57,653 nt of DNA from Octopus bimaculoides (GCF_001194135.2 NC_068981.1:124018099-124075751), one strand, 5' to 3'; counted from the first letter of the stretch, positions 24,946 to 38,121 are shown. A program made the numbers and translations. Notes: generated from the letters alone by a model not told the origin.

Positions 24946-26059
24946 TCAGTGAACAGATCACGGTCTCAAAGCGACGAAAATATTTTGACAAATTAAATTT
25001 AAATGTTGAAGTGAATCTAACGGTTTTTGTGTGTTATTTTAAATGGCTTTTAAACACCTTCCACGCTGCAATTGTTGTGTNNNNNNNNNNNNNNNNNNNN
25101 NNNNNNNNNNNNNNNNNNNNNNNNNNNNNNNNNNNNNNNNNNNNNNNNNNNNNNNNNNNNNNNNNNNNNNNNNNNNNNNNNNNNNNNNNNNNNNNNNNNN
25201 NNNNNNNNNNNNNNNNNNNNNNNNNNNNNNNNNNNNNNNNNNNNNNNNNNNNNNNNNNNNNNNNNNNNNNNNNNNNNNNNNNNNNNNNNNNNNNNNNNNN
25301 NNNNNNNNNNNNNNNNNNNNNNNNNNNNNNNNNNNNNNNNNNNNNNNNNNNNNNNNNNNNNNNNNNNNNNNNNNNNNNNNNNNNNNNNNNNNNNNNNNNN
25401 NNNNNNNNNNNNNNNNNNNNNNNNNNNNNNNNNNNNNNNNNNNNNNNNNNNNNNNNNNNNNNNNNNNNNNNNNNNNNNNNNNNNNNNNNNNNNNNNNNNN
25501 NNNNNNNNNNNNNNNNNNNNNNNNNNNNNNNNNNNNNNNNNNNNNNNNNNNNNNNNNNNNNNNNNNNNNNNNNNNNNNNNNNNNNNNNNNNNNNNNNNNN
25601 NNNNNNNNNNNNNNNNNNNNNNNNNNNNNNNNNNNNNNNNNNNNNNNNNNNNNNNNNNNNNNNNNNNNNNNNNNNNNNNNNNNNNNNNNNNNNNNNNNNN
25701 NNNNNNNNNNNNNNNNNNNNNNNNNNNNNNNNNNNNNNNNNNNNNNNNNNNNNNNNNNNNNNNNNNNNNNNNNNNNNNNNNNNNNNNNNNNNNNNNNNNN
25801 NNNNNNNNNNNNNNNNNNNNNNNNNNNCTTTAAAGTGTGGGGTGAATCTCTCCGGACATGTTTTAATCTTATTAGATCTCTTCACCGAAGATCCCTGGGA
25901 AATTATTCCATATTTTTATTTATGAATTGTTTAATCAATTGCTGCTTTTTTCATAAAAGAAACAATCCTAAGATGTACTAAGTATTGATATGTCCACGCT
26001 TTTCAGTGCATGTCTAGTGAGTACGTTAGCTTCCACTTTACAACAGAAACAGATGGTTC

Positions 26060-26133
<74 letters not shown>

Positions 26134-27497
26134 CCTTTGCAAAGGATATCAGGAAATGGAACAACTTTCATATTAAATGAGGTAATACTAGACCACTACT
26201 AAACCAGAGAATAAAACAGCTAACAATAAGATATGGTTTTATAAGTTTCTGCGCTATGCTTTGTATGGCTTACCTATGGAATACTTGATAAATGTTTTGT
26301 AAGTGATAATGGCTCTATATATTAAATGGCATATAACTTTAATATCGCGTGAAAGGGTCGTAATAAAGTGACTATAGAAGTCAAGCTTTCTAGAAGAAAA
26401 GTTAAAGTATTCTGAAAGATAACTTACAATATCAATCTGTCTCTATTTATTGATAAGACAAAAATCAGTAATATTTTAGAAATAAATCTACTGATTATAG
26501 TACACCCTCATTCCAAAAAGTGAGAGCAGCTATTATTTAAATGTAAGGGGAAAAAAGAAAGAACTAATGTAAAAGAAAGTAATATCAATCATTTAAAAGC
26601 AAATATTAATTTGGGACACTGCTAGGGGCCTTGTTTTTATATCAAATTTAATTCCCTTCGCAAATTTATCACAGAAGTATATTTTATAAGCAAACCATTT
26701 TTCTTCACTTATAATCCCTACACCTCTGAAATATAATCAATACATGGGATCGAAGCTAGAGTCCAACACTTTGTATACAAAAGTAAAAGTAATGCTTCGT
26801 TTATTACATAACGAGCTATCAATATCTCAAAAACAGAATATCTCAAACAGTGAAATGTTTTTTGATAATTATAACCATGTTATAGGTTAACAGTCAAGCA
26901 TTAGATAAATTCTGTGAATCAATATATCAAAGGCAAAATCAGAACGAATTCATTGTTCAGGTATATCCCCCTTTAGTTGTGGGCTTAGAGACGTATGTAT
27001 CATTATTTAATTTATTTATCTATTTATTAGCTTTTGCTTTAAGTAAATTTTGATATTTCTATTATATCTCAGTGTCATCAAAAGATACTCAGTGACCTTT
27101 TCATCTTTTCATAATATTACTTTGCAGTGATATCTAACTTCAAGTTAGCTGTGTAGTACTTGAATTCAAAAAGTAAAATGATATAATAAAATACCGTTTT
27201 TGCAATTCTACCACCCTTACTGGATTCAATGAGGGAGCCTTGATGTTGTCTTATATCACACTCTACCATCTCGAGAAAGGAAGAAATCCATTGGATAAAT
27301 CTAGAATAATTACATTACAGAAGAGTGACACAATTCTACGGTATCAACTGAAAAGCAGTTACTGGTCCAACAGGTTTTCTTTCTGTTCATTATTTCATTT
27401 GTTAGTATTTGTTATTTTTCTTAATTCATCATGGATCATGGTAGCTACTGCTAGTTTGATCAATAAAGCAATTCTTTTATAAGCAATTACTTTTTTT

Positions 27498-27845
27498 TTC
27501 TACCCTGCGCGCGTAAGCGAAAGCTGGGTATTATAATCGCGTCGTTTGTCTTTGTCTGTAAGTTTACAAAATTACTAGAAAACGGCTGAACGGATTTTCA
27601 CCAAATTTGGCAGAAATACTCATGAGGTGAGTGGCTTGAACTCATTAAATTTTGGCAGACGGGTGAATCAAAATGTTCTTTTGTTTTTTTCTTTGTTACA
27701 TCTGCATGAACGTTCAGCTGGGAGAATAACTCTTGGTGTCATTTTGTTGAAATATGAATTCGTCTGAGAGTATATTTATTAAATTAAATTTCATTTTATC
27801 CTTGTGTGCGCGTAGGGTATGCATCGCCCCACCGATGCCTTTTTT
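27498..27845 (+). mobile_element. DINE-1/Helentron-associated (HINE-like) non-autonomous element
   Basis: 5' subTIR ctaccctgcgcgc with internal partner gggta; 3' subTIR gcgcgtagggtat; terminal hairpin gcatcg/cgatgc; T-run flanks. Confidence 0.75.
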
Positions 27846-28176
27846 TAATTCCTTTTTGTTTTATTTGTGTTAATGATTTTAATCATTTTTAACTTTGGAC
27901 CTTCTCCCATTATAATTTTTAATAGTTAGTAATTTAATTCGTAGCATCACGGGAGGTTGTGTTTATTACTGACAAAGGTCCGCTCGAGATGCAACAAAAT
28001 ATGCTTGAACATATGAGTTTACATCAAGAATCTCGCTTACCAAATGCAAAAACGTTAATATTTATTGTAGTTATTGTTGCTATTGTTATTGTAGTTATTG
28101 TTGTAACAGTTGCTATTACTACTTTGTATTTTTCTCTTCCTTCACAGTGATAGTTAATCAGTTAAAAACATTCTTT

Positions 28177-30000
28177 GGAGTTCGGGCTAAATTTGGCGAT
28201 TTTTTTTTATGTCTCCATTTTTTCGAGTTTTTTTTTTTTTTTTTCAGGAACAGCCTGATGTATTGCTGAATGGTCAATGGCGTTGAAGATTAAAGTTTCC
28301 GTTGAGAAAAAGTTCGGTGGTGTGTCGAACTGGAAGCCATTTGAATATTGGAAAACAATTACCTGTATCATGATGATTCGCACCGAGTATCAAAATGCCA
28401 ACTTCATAACTGCTGCTCAATGCTTTGTGAAAACTGTAATGACTGTAAGACGTGACATGTACAGCTGAAACGGAGACTACGAAACCGTGACCATCAGGAA
28501 GGGACACAGCAAGCGTTCTTACTGAGTCCGCACACCCCTCATCTTTAAACAGGTCTATGAAGCTGCTGGAGACAGTGGTCAATATCTGGTTGAAGAGGGT
28601 TGCCACTGGAAGGACATCTATGTGGCAGCGGGATTTGGATTCTTGCAACACCTCCAGAAAGAGTCAGAAATGGTTGTCAGAGAAATTTTACATCTTCATC
28701 TCTGGCGTCTTAATTCCTCCGATTGTAATCCCATGAGTTACTATGTGTTGAGAAAGACACCAACCACTCTTCCTGCAATATCAAGGCCGAGCTGGTGGCC
28801 AAGATCAAGGAGGTATTCGATGATCTTCTCAAGGACACAATGAGAAACACATATACCAGGTTCTAGAGCCGCCTTGAGCCCGTGGTAAAAGCTGACGGTG
28901 GCTACTTTTAAATAAACTATTGGGTCATCCCATAAATAATGCGGTTTTTTATACGTCTTTTATTTTTCAAAATTAAAATAAACAAAGTTCTTTTTTAATT
29001 TAAAATATACTCTCTTTCATTTTCTAAAATGCTCTTCCGTGATGAAAAATACTCCTCCAGTACTGTTCTGGCCTCATCTACAGAATTCATATTTTGTTGA
29101 AAGTGGACTAAACTTTTCGTATCCCACCAAACAGATAACATTACCTCATGTGGGTGAAGACCTTTAGTCTGGGGTGCCGGTGTTTCTCCTTTCTCTACCC
29201 GCTGTCTTCGGTGCTTAATGTTTTCATAGAGAACCCATTTCTCGCCTCTGGTCATTATTCGGCCCCAAAAAGGTTCATTCGTGAGATGTGAGAGCCAACA
29301 AGAGCACACATTCATTCTCTGAGCGCGATTGGACTCGGAGAGTTTGTGAGGAACCCATTGACTCAATTGCTGACTTTTCCGACGGCACGCAGGTGTCGAT
29401 GAATGGGTGCATAACCAAATCCAAGTTCCTGTGTTAGTTCCTCAACAGCTACGATGGGATTTTGTTTTACCAGAGTTTGCAGGAGGTCCTCTTCGAGCTC
29501 TACTAATCTTCCAGGACGACGCTCGTCTTCTAGGCTGTAGTTTGCGGCTCAGAATTTCTGGAAACACCGTTAACATTGGCTTACGCTTATTGTCCGACTC
29601 TCTTACACCGCATTAATATACCTCGCACTTTCCGTTGCATTGCTGCCTTTATTGAACTCGTAAAGCAAAATATGCCGAATATGCTCCTTTGTCACTTTCC
29701 ATTATAGCTTTGAAAAAATAACTGTTGAAATCGAACTGTACTCTTCAAAACTTGCACTAAGAATAAATACAAGGTAAAATTGCTACCTGTTTTTACAGCA
29801 AGTTAATGCAAGTAGTTTATCCCGTACCACTCCGAATTTTTGTTCATGCAATTGAAAAAAGCGCATTATTTATGGAATGACACAATAATTCCCAGCCATA
29901 ATCTCGCTGAATTTTTTTTTTAAATACTTTTATTTTTGGATGGAATATTATATTTTCTTTTCCTTTTATGCAAACTGTCAAATGTAACCCGAACACCCTG
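28177..30000 (+). mobile_element. Deleted Tc1/mariner-superfamily element (maT/DD37D-like) hosting a nested mariner
   Basis: Right TIR ..aatgtaacccgaacaccctg|TA matches the degraded left ggagttcgggctaaatttg; peptide LETVV..WQRD..CNTSRKSQKWLSE..NSSDCNPMSYYV..EVFDD..RLEPVVKADGGYF. Confidence 0.75.
28920..29885 (-). mobile_element. Internally deleted mariner with TIRs and TA TSD
   Basis: TIRs ttgggtcatcccataaataatgcggttttt / aaaaaagcgcattatttatggaatgacacaa, flanked by TA at 28918 and 29886; peptide WVPHKL..TRGEKWVLYEN..LHP.EVMLSVWWD. Confidence 0.92.
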
Positions 30001-30465
30001 TATGTATAAATTGGATCAGATTATTTTTTTAATATTTGCCTATAATATAAGATTTATAATTTAAGCTGATGTATTTGACAGCTTTTATACAAATAAATAT
30101 ATACACACACGAATGCACGTTTGTGTGTGTGTGTGTGTGTGTGTATAAAAAGAATGTTGTAGTTTGCTTGAAGCATTGCAGAATAAAAATAACAAAACAG
30201 GACTTCTTTTATATCCTGTTATACTACGCAAATATATTTGGCGAAGGATTAGATATTTAGAAGAAGTTTACGTTCAAAGTTTTAATAACACACTACACGT
30301 ATCATACATATATTTTATCTTTGCTCGTATTATTTATTCTTTTACTCCAAATGCAGTACTGTGGCTTTCTAAATCAGTGCCATATGTATGTATGTATGTA
30401 TGCATGTATGCACGCATGCATGCATATGTGTACATATACATATACATCGTGTGATATAAAAGAAA

Positions 30466-30556
<91 letters not shown>

Positions 30557-30557
<1 letters not shown>

Positions 30558-30946
30558 TAGTTTTATTTTTATAACGTGCTTTCACTTCACTACCGAGCGC
30601 AGCTCTGTGCGCCTTGGGTATGTGCTGTGGTTTGCTGTGGTGCTCTTATGTTTACTGTATTGAAAGTTTTTTGCGTAGAATGTGTGCAGTACCCAGTAGT
30701 GCAATTTTCTGTATGTTATATATATTTGTAAGTCCTGCTATTTTTGTTATGTATTTGTCTGAATATTTTTTTATTATACCTAAGGCACCTACTATGATAG
30801 GAATTGTTTCTGTTTTTAGATTCCACATTCGAGTTACCTCTATTTCCAGGTCTTTGTATTTTGAAAGTTTTTCCATTTCTTTTAGAGAAACGCTGTCATC
30901 TGCTGGTACTAATACATCAATTAGAAAGCATTTTTTTTCTTCATGA
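30557..30946 (-). mobile_element. 3' end of a second R4/Dong-like LINE (RLE domain + UTR)
   Basis: CFLIDVLVPAD..EKLSKYKDL..IPIIVGALG..QKIALLGTAHILRK; flanked by (TAA)n-type tracts on both sides. Confidence 0.88.
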
Positions 30947-30961
30947 TCTTTATTATTATCA

Positions 30962-30998
<37 letters not shown>

Positions 30999-31369
30999 TA
31001 TTATCATCATCATCATCATCATCGTCGTCGTCGTCATTTTCATTAGCATCTTCTCTCAATTGTTTCCATTTCTTGCCGAGTGTCTTCCTGACACCTAGGA
31101 CACAGAAACGTACTTTATACATTGGTAGGCTATTAAAACAAGCACACTAGATTGTTGATTTACAGAGTCATGTGATAGAGAAAAGGAGGAAGACAGAGAG
31201 AAAAAGGAAAATATAAAAAGTAGAAAAATAAACAAATAAAACAAAGGGGAAAAAAAGGAAAGAAAATTTACAACGTCAATGCTCTTCTCAGTATGTGTAA
31301 CGTACCAGTTAAGACAATCTTTTGCATTTCCTACATGTGGCAGGAAGCAATCTGAAAAAGTTATTGCTC

Positions 31370-33945
31370 CTGCGTTACATCCACGACATACAACATTGAA
31401 ACTGTTGCAACTGTGATCCAGAAACTCTAAGATGGAAAAGCATCTGGAAGAGACTTGATTGTTGGATATTGCTACAAGAAACTAACATTCTACCGACCAT
31501 GTTTTATCAATCTGTACCATCAAGCCTTCCTTGGGAACAGTAGCATACCACACTGGTTGGCTCTGGCAGAGACAAAATTGATCCGCAAAAGCATAACCAC
31601 CCACATGGCAAAAATAAAAAACTACCGGCCAATTGCATCCCAGAACTTAATGTATAAGATATATACAGCAGGTTTAAACCTCTTCCTCCAAGACCATTGT
31701 GAAACCAATAACAATATCATAACAGAACAAGCAGCTGGGAAGAAGGGAGTCTGAGGATGTGCCGAGCAATTGCTAATCAACAAAACTGTGATGTCAGAGG
31801 TGAGAGAGCATAGGAGGAACCTAGTTTCAATGTGGCAAGATTACGAGAAAGCTTTTGACTCCGTTCCCCATTCATGGATGCTAGAAGCCCTTCAACTTGC
31901 TAAAGCTCCACTGATAATAGTCAAAGCCATACCTAACCTGATTTCAACGTGAGCCACCATCTTCAAATTAAATACAAAGAGTGAATGTATTTTCACCGAT
32001 AGAATACAATATTGCAAAGGCATATTCCACGGAGACAACCTCTCTGTGATGTTGTTTATACTTTCTGTAAACCTCTTGTCATTCGTGTTAAGGAAGTCTG
32101 AAGGGTATCTCACTGGTTCACAAGGGAACAGAAATGCCAAAATTACACACTGTTTCTTTGTGGATGACTTAACACTTTATGCAAAGAATATGTATGCATG
32201 AGATGGAAAAGAGCCTTGACCTAGTTACAACATTCTCAAAGGATGTAGGCTTGAAGTTTGGTCAGGATAAATGTTGTTATATTGTTGTGAAAAGGGGGAA
32301 ACTATAAACCAGACTAGTAGCATTTCCATCAATGATTTGACTCTTCCCTCTATATCTGACGAGGAATGTTACAGGTATCTGGGGAGGTTGAAAATATATC
32401 TTACAGCGGCACCTGTAACAAAACACGTGTCACTAAAGAATATTAGAGCCAAATAAAGAAAATTTGGACCTCAGAACTCTCTGTATTCAATAAAACAGTG
32501 GCTCACAATGTGTTTGCAGTGCCAGTACTCAAACAAACAATTGGGCTGTTTGATTGGACGCTTGATGAGATCCGAACCATTGATGTGAAAACCTGAAAAA
32601 TACTAACAAGCACACATAATTTCCACATAAACAGTGATGTAAACCGCCTCTACCTAAAACGTAAACAAGGCGGAAGAGGCTTAACATCGATCCAAAATGC
32701 CTTTGAATGTCGCATCATATCCCTTCGGCAACATCTTCTAACCACCAAGCGTCGAAGTGCATCCCTTGACCAAGTTTGCATAAATGAAGCTGATAACATC
32801 ATAAGACTTGGAAGGCAGCTCTTTGACCAACACTCTTTGTCTGATAACCTAGAATACATGCCCAAAGAAGTCGCACGACTCTACGTTTCATCAGATGAAA
32901 GAATGAGCCTATATGAGCAGAAGACTATGCATGGATATGTTAGTAAAAAGCTCCGTGATGATAGTAACATCGATCATCAAAGCAGTTTATCATGGACGAA
33001 TAGCCTGATTACTACCTCCCACTTTGAAGGGTATGCGTTTGTAATCCAAGAACAGGAAATATCAACCAAGTATCTGATGCACAAAACGGATAGAAATGCG
33101 GGAAAAGCCGAAAATGTGACAACTGATGCAGACTTTGCAGAGTTCACTCTGAAGATATCACACACATCATAAGCAGTTGTCCGAAAATGTTATCACGGTA
33201 ATATCTACTGTGTATCTAGGACATTCTATAAAGAAATCCGTCAGAAGGATAATTTCGATGACAAATAAATAAAAACCCACAATATAGTAGAAGCCATAGC
33301 CACTCATAAGGAAAACCAGTTAAGACCTCAATAAAATGTAAGCACAACGGATCTGATATAATGAGTTGGGATAGCGAAGAGAAACTGTGCACAGTTGTGG
33401 AAATTATCTGCCCAGCGGATGTTAACATAAAGTTAAAGATCAGTGAAAAAGAGAATGCCTATGCTGAACTATTGAGAAATCTGCAGTTACTCTATCCAGA
33501 TTACAAGTTCAGGTTTATACCTGTAATTATTGGGGCCATGTGATACGTAACAAAGTGCCTAAATACTAATCTTGAGAAATTAGGATTCTCAAAATCAGAA
33601 AGGAGAAAGCTAATTCAAAGACTACAGATCCAATCCATCAATGGAACTGTACAAATCTGTAAAATTTTCCAAAAATTTATCATTCAAATATATATGAGCA
33701 TGTTTAGATATGTAACTCTATGCATTAGAATACATACATAAAACATGCAAATCTGCACATACATACATACATACATACCCTGTTCTTAATGTTGAAATTC
33801 CAATGGAGGAACTTTTGATCTAGGTCAGAAACCGGTTCTTTATCTATTGGCAAGAAATCTTGAAATAAACTGAATAATGACATACATACATACATACATA
33901 CATACATACATACATACATACATACATACATACATACATACATTC
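31370..33945 (+). mobile_element. R4/Dong-clade LINE: decayed RT, CCHC and RLE domains, 3' UTR and (TACA)n tail
   Basis: WKASGRD, NYRPIASQN, DYEKAFDSVPHSW, GIFHGDNLS, FVDDLTLYAK, YRYLG, CRLC..HIISSC, VVEIICPAD..EKENAY; multiple stops and frameshifts. Confidence 0.92.
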
Positions 33946-34846
33946 ATACATAATTAGAAAATGCTGCAGTTTGCTCCTGAAGTATTTCTGAATATAGAAA
34001 AATAATTTTTGCTTCAGTATTATGCAGTGCCACGCTAATGTATTTGGTGAAGAAGATTACATATAAATAAGAGGAAACAGCAGGCGTTTACCCAACAACA
34101 TAAATAAGGATTACATAAATATTTTATCATGATTAATATTTATATTTATTCTCTAGCATTCGAATACCATACATTTCTAAATCACTTATANNNNNNNNNN
34201 NNNNNNNNNNNNNNNNNNNNNNNNNNNNNNNNNNNNNNNNNNNNNNNNNNNNNNNNNNNNNNNNNNNNNNNNNNNNNNNNNNNNNNNNNNNNNNNNNNNN
34301 NNNNNNNNNNNNNNNNNNNNNNNNNNNNNNNNNNNNNNNNNNNNNNNNNNNNNNNNNNNNNNNNNNNNNNNNNNNNNNNNNNNNNNNNNNNNNNNNNNNN
34401 NNNNNNNNNNNNNNNNNNNNNNNNNNNNNNNNNNNNNNNNNNNNNNNNNNNNNNNNNNNNNNNNNNNNNNNNNNNNNNNNNNNNNNNNNNNNNNNNNNNN
34501 NNNNNNNNNNNNNNNNNNNNNNNNNNNNNNNNNNNNNNNNNNNNNNNNNNNNNNNNNNNNNNNNNNNNNNTATATATACATATATGGATATAAATATATA
34601 TAAGATATAAATTAGAGGTGTTAAAACTATCTAAGGGATAAATGTATCCAGAGGCACTCCTGCTAATTACCTCAGTATGTATGAACCTTGTTATAAGGTA
34701 TACGGTAGTAGGTAATTTAAAATGTAAACCGTTTTAATGTATATAAAGACGATAAGAAAATGGAGAAATAAATAACACTGAGAAGTGGATCTTTGGTGTT
34801 ATAAAGTCATTACTTAATTAAGTAAGATGAGAGTATGTTAGAGTAA

Positions 34847-34924
34847 GTTTACAGCTGTTTCCGTATATCACGCTGGGGTAAATATGTATTTATCTCGTTG
34901 CAATTGATAGACATCATCAGAAAG
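34847..34924 (-). ncRNA. Type I hammerhead motif downstream of the Penelope endonuclease
   Basis: uu-CUGAUGA-U-gucuauca..ugauauac-G-GAAAC-AGCU-GUA-aa; palindromic ACAGCUGU stem III. Confidence 0.65.
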
Positions 34925-35654
34925 AAAAGGGCAAAGATAAACAAAAGGAGAATAGAGCGAAAGAAAGTGTAAGGAAAAAAACAGGAAAAAGAAAATGTTC
35001 AATAATTCGATAGTCTTACATTTTAGTTAGGTTCAAAATTCAATAAATCAGTTGTAGGATAGATGAGAAGAGAGTTAGTTGAATCTAAGGTCTCATAATT
35101 AGTTATTACCATAACTTTCACGTGTCCGTAGATTCGGCTAGTTGACCGCCGGTGTAAATGCGAGGGAGTTACCGCTATTGGGGATATCTGGTGTAGTTCT
35201 ATGGACCTATATGGCACTAATTTATAGGTTGTAAGTTAGTTCGTATATTTTCAAATGGAAGCTGTAATATAAGGGTAAAGTTTATATCTAGAATCTGTAC
35301 GATATAGAATGTAAATGGACTATGTACCAGAATAATGTATAGGTTTGTAGAGGGCATAGAAAAACAATAAGATCGAAAGGAGCAATTTATCGTATGTAAA
35401 ATGCGTTGGTGGTCTAGCTGTCGACTTAAATTAAATTATACGAAAATAGCAATCTAGCGTAGTATGTAGAATAAGTACAAAGTTAAGTAATTAATTTATA
35501 ATGTGGGTTGGAGTTCAGTAAGCTAACTGGTATGTAGGAACGTTAAAGGGAGGTAATACAAGGTTAAGTAGGTTCGCTAATAACATTTAAAATGGGAGAT
35601 AGTGGTATATAAAGGATAAAGTGGCTTTATCGATACTTTAAGAATACTAATCGG

Positions 35655-35996
35655 CCTTTATGCAAACAAAAAAAATTACTTTCGTGTCTCCTATTAAGTA
35701 GAGGGGATTTGTCCATTAAAATAAATAGTTTCTCATTTATACAGAGTTCGCAGTACTTATTGTTAATGCTATACGAGGAAGTTTTGGCTAGGATTCGCCA
35801 TTCTAAACTATAGTTGATATTTTTGTCTTAATTCTCAAATGTAGCTACTAAGTCCTATAGAATTCGCTTTACTTCTGTTTCTGAAACTAGATTGGTGGGA
35901 ATTGTACCTAAGTGTCATTTCATTTTTAGTTGCTCCTGTATAAGATTTCTTATGGGTATTTGTGAGTACAACGCATAGGTATATTACATTTTTAGC
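35655..35996 (-). pseudogene. Penelope GIY-YIG endonuclease domain, with stop and frameshift
   Basis: Manual translation NVIYLC..SYTGATKNEMTLRYNSHQSSF..LSSYI*EL..LEWRIL..CELCINEKLFIL..LLNRRHE..CLHK. Confidence 0.85.
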
Positions 35997-36201
35997 TTTA
36001 CAAATATTGGAGAATTGACACTTGTTTTTATCTCTGAAGCTACATAAGTTATTGATTTTATCTGTGCGTATGTTGTGTTGAGGGGAGAGTTATTATTTAT
36101 CAGGTCGTTGTCCGTGTTATTTGAGGGCGAGTTATCAGGGATGACATTTATTATATCTGTCGATCGGTTGCTATGTATATATATATATATGTATATATAT
36201 T

Positions 36202-36247
<46 letters not shown>

Positions 36248-36799
36248 CATATATATATGTATATATGTATATATNNNNNNNNNNTATATATGTATATACA
36301 TATTTGTATATGTATATATATATATATATGTATATGTGTATATGTATATATATGTATATGTATATATATTTAAGTACATATATATATATCTAAATTTTGT
36401 ACGACTCTCTTATTCTTTCATTCTTTCTTTCTTTCTATCAACCCCTTCACACTTACTTTGTTCTTTCCACTTCTTTTTTTCCTTCCCCTTCTCTCACATT
36501 TCCTGGCTTTCTCTTCACCCTCACCTTCCCTCTTCTTTCACTTCACTCTGTCCCTTTTCTTTTTTTCTCGTCACTCCTTAATTCTTCTATCCCTCTGCCT
36601 CTAACTCTCTCCTCTCTCTCCAGGTGACCGGTGTTCGGCCAAGCCTGACCTTTCTTTCTTGGTTCGACTACCATCCGTGCAACATCTATATTCCTCATTA
36701 TCATTGTCATCCCTTATGTCCCTGCCGTAAGGCTTCACTTCCACACACGCCAGCTTAATTTAATTCGTCCTTAGTCGAAAGACATCTTTTGTTAATGTC

Positions 36800-37800
36800 C
36801 TGTTATTTTGTTCTTAAATCTCGTATTAGGTATATATGAGATTTTAGTTTTGAAGCCGCTTAATTTTAGTGTTGCTGTATACCGGTGCATGTTGATCAAA
36901 AATCTCTTCGTTTGCAGACAAGTTAGAGATTCTGATCGAGATAGCAGTAACGATGCTATCAATAATAGATTTCGGATGATTGGAGGAGACATTGACATAT
37001 GAGATGGATTTGTTTGGCTTACGAAATGGGTAGTATAAACACGTATCCAAATTCAAGGTAACATCCAAGAAGTTCACCACTCTGTAGTTAACATCAAAAA
37101 TAATGTTAAGATTAAAGAAACCTCTCAGGGATTTCTTCAAATCAATGTCTTATTTAGCAATATAGGAGATATGGAATTGTAATAATTCGAGATATCAAAT
37201 TGTATAAAGTCTAAATTAGGCTTATCAATAAGGGAGTCAAACCATAAGATAACGTCCCCAGTAAAGTTCCATAAAGGAAGCTGAACCTTATCCCTGGTGA
37301 TGGGAATAATCTGATCGATAATATATTTACTAATTCTGTCCAAATCAGACTTGGTCGGGCAGATTAATCTAATCGAAGGATGTGATAAAAAAAATCAGAC
37401 TTATAGTCCTTCAAGAGACAATGAGGAGGTTTTGGAGCATAAGGTTGGGTGCTATCAAGTAGGCCCAAACTGGGGATGATTTCTAAATGAGTGTCATTAA
37501 TCTCATCCAAAGCATTTTTGTTTGTGTGTTTATATCCAGAGTTAAGCTCCTTCAAGATCAAGTCATTATAAAGACTTGGCGGTACAGAATAAATATTTCC
37601 GGTCTTATCCGATAGGATGTGCAAATCTGGAGATGATATCATTGTAGAGATTTTCTCAGACTGGAGTTTCTGGAAAGGATTTGTGTATCTGGAAAACTTC
37701 AACCGTTTAATCAAATTTATAAGATCATTTTCAAAATTCGAAAGAGCTGGGTTGGACGGTGAATTCCTATAGGTTTTTAGTTGATTGATATTTTTTTTTT
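36800..37800 (-). pseudogene. Penelope-like reverse transcriptase, decayed and internally deleted
   Basis: SDKTGNIY, LKDYK, RISKYIID, LWNFTGDVILWF, FIQFDISNYYNSIS, VNFLDVTLNL, YVNVSSNHP; the catalytic DD motif region is absent at the junction near 37140. Confidence 0.88.
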
Positions 37801-38046
37801 AATTTAGATTTTTAGTAGCCTGACACTCTTCAGAATTTTTGATAGGCCGTTCTATATATCTGTATTTTTTATTCGCATATATTTTTTTACCTTCTGTGTT
37901 TTTTATATATGTGTACATATATATATGTATATATATATAGATGTATATGTATAAATATATATATATATGTATATGTATAAATATATATATATATATAGAT
38001 GTGTATATATAAATATATATATACACATATATATACATAAATCTGT

Positions 38047-38121
<75 letters not shown>

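Noticed and set aside
24689-24991. 100-aa ORF on the minus strand and Ala/Arg-rich ORF on the plus strand
   Set aside because: By-product of high GC content; no recognisable domain
31270-31300. Minus-strand ctgagaagagc..gacgttg as a hammerhead
   Set aside because: No GAAA and no stem II partner
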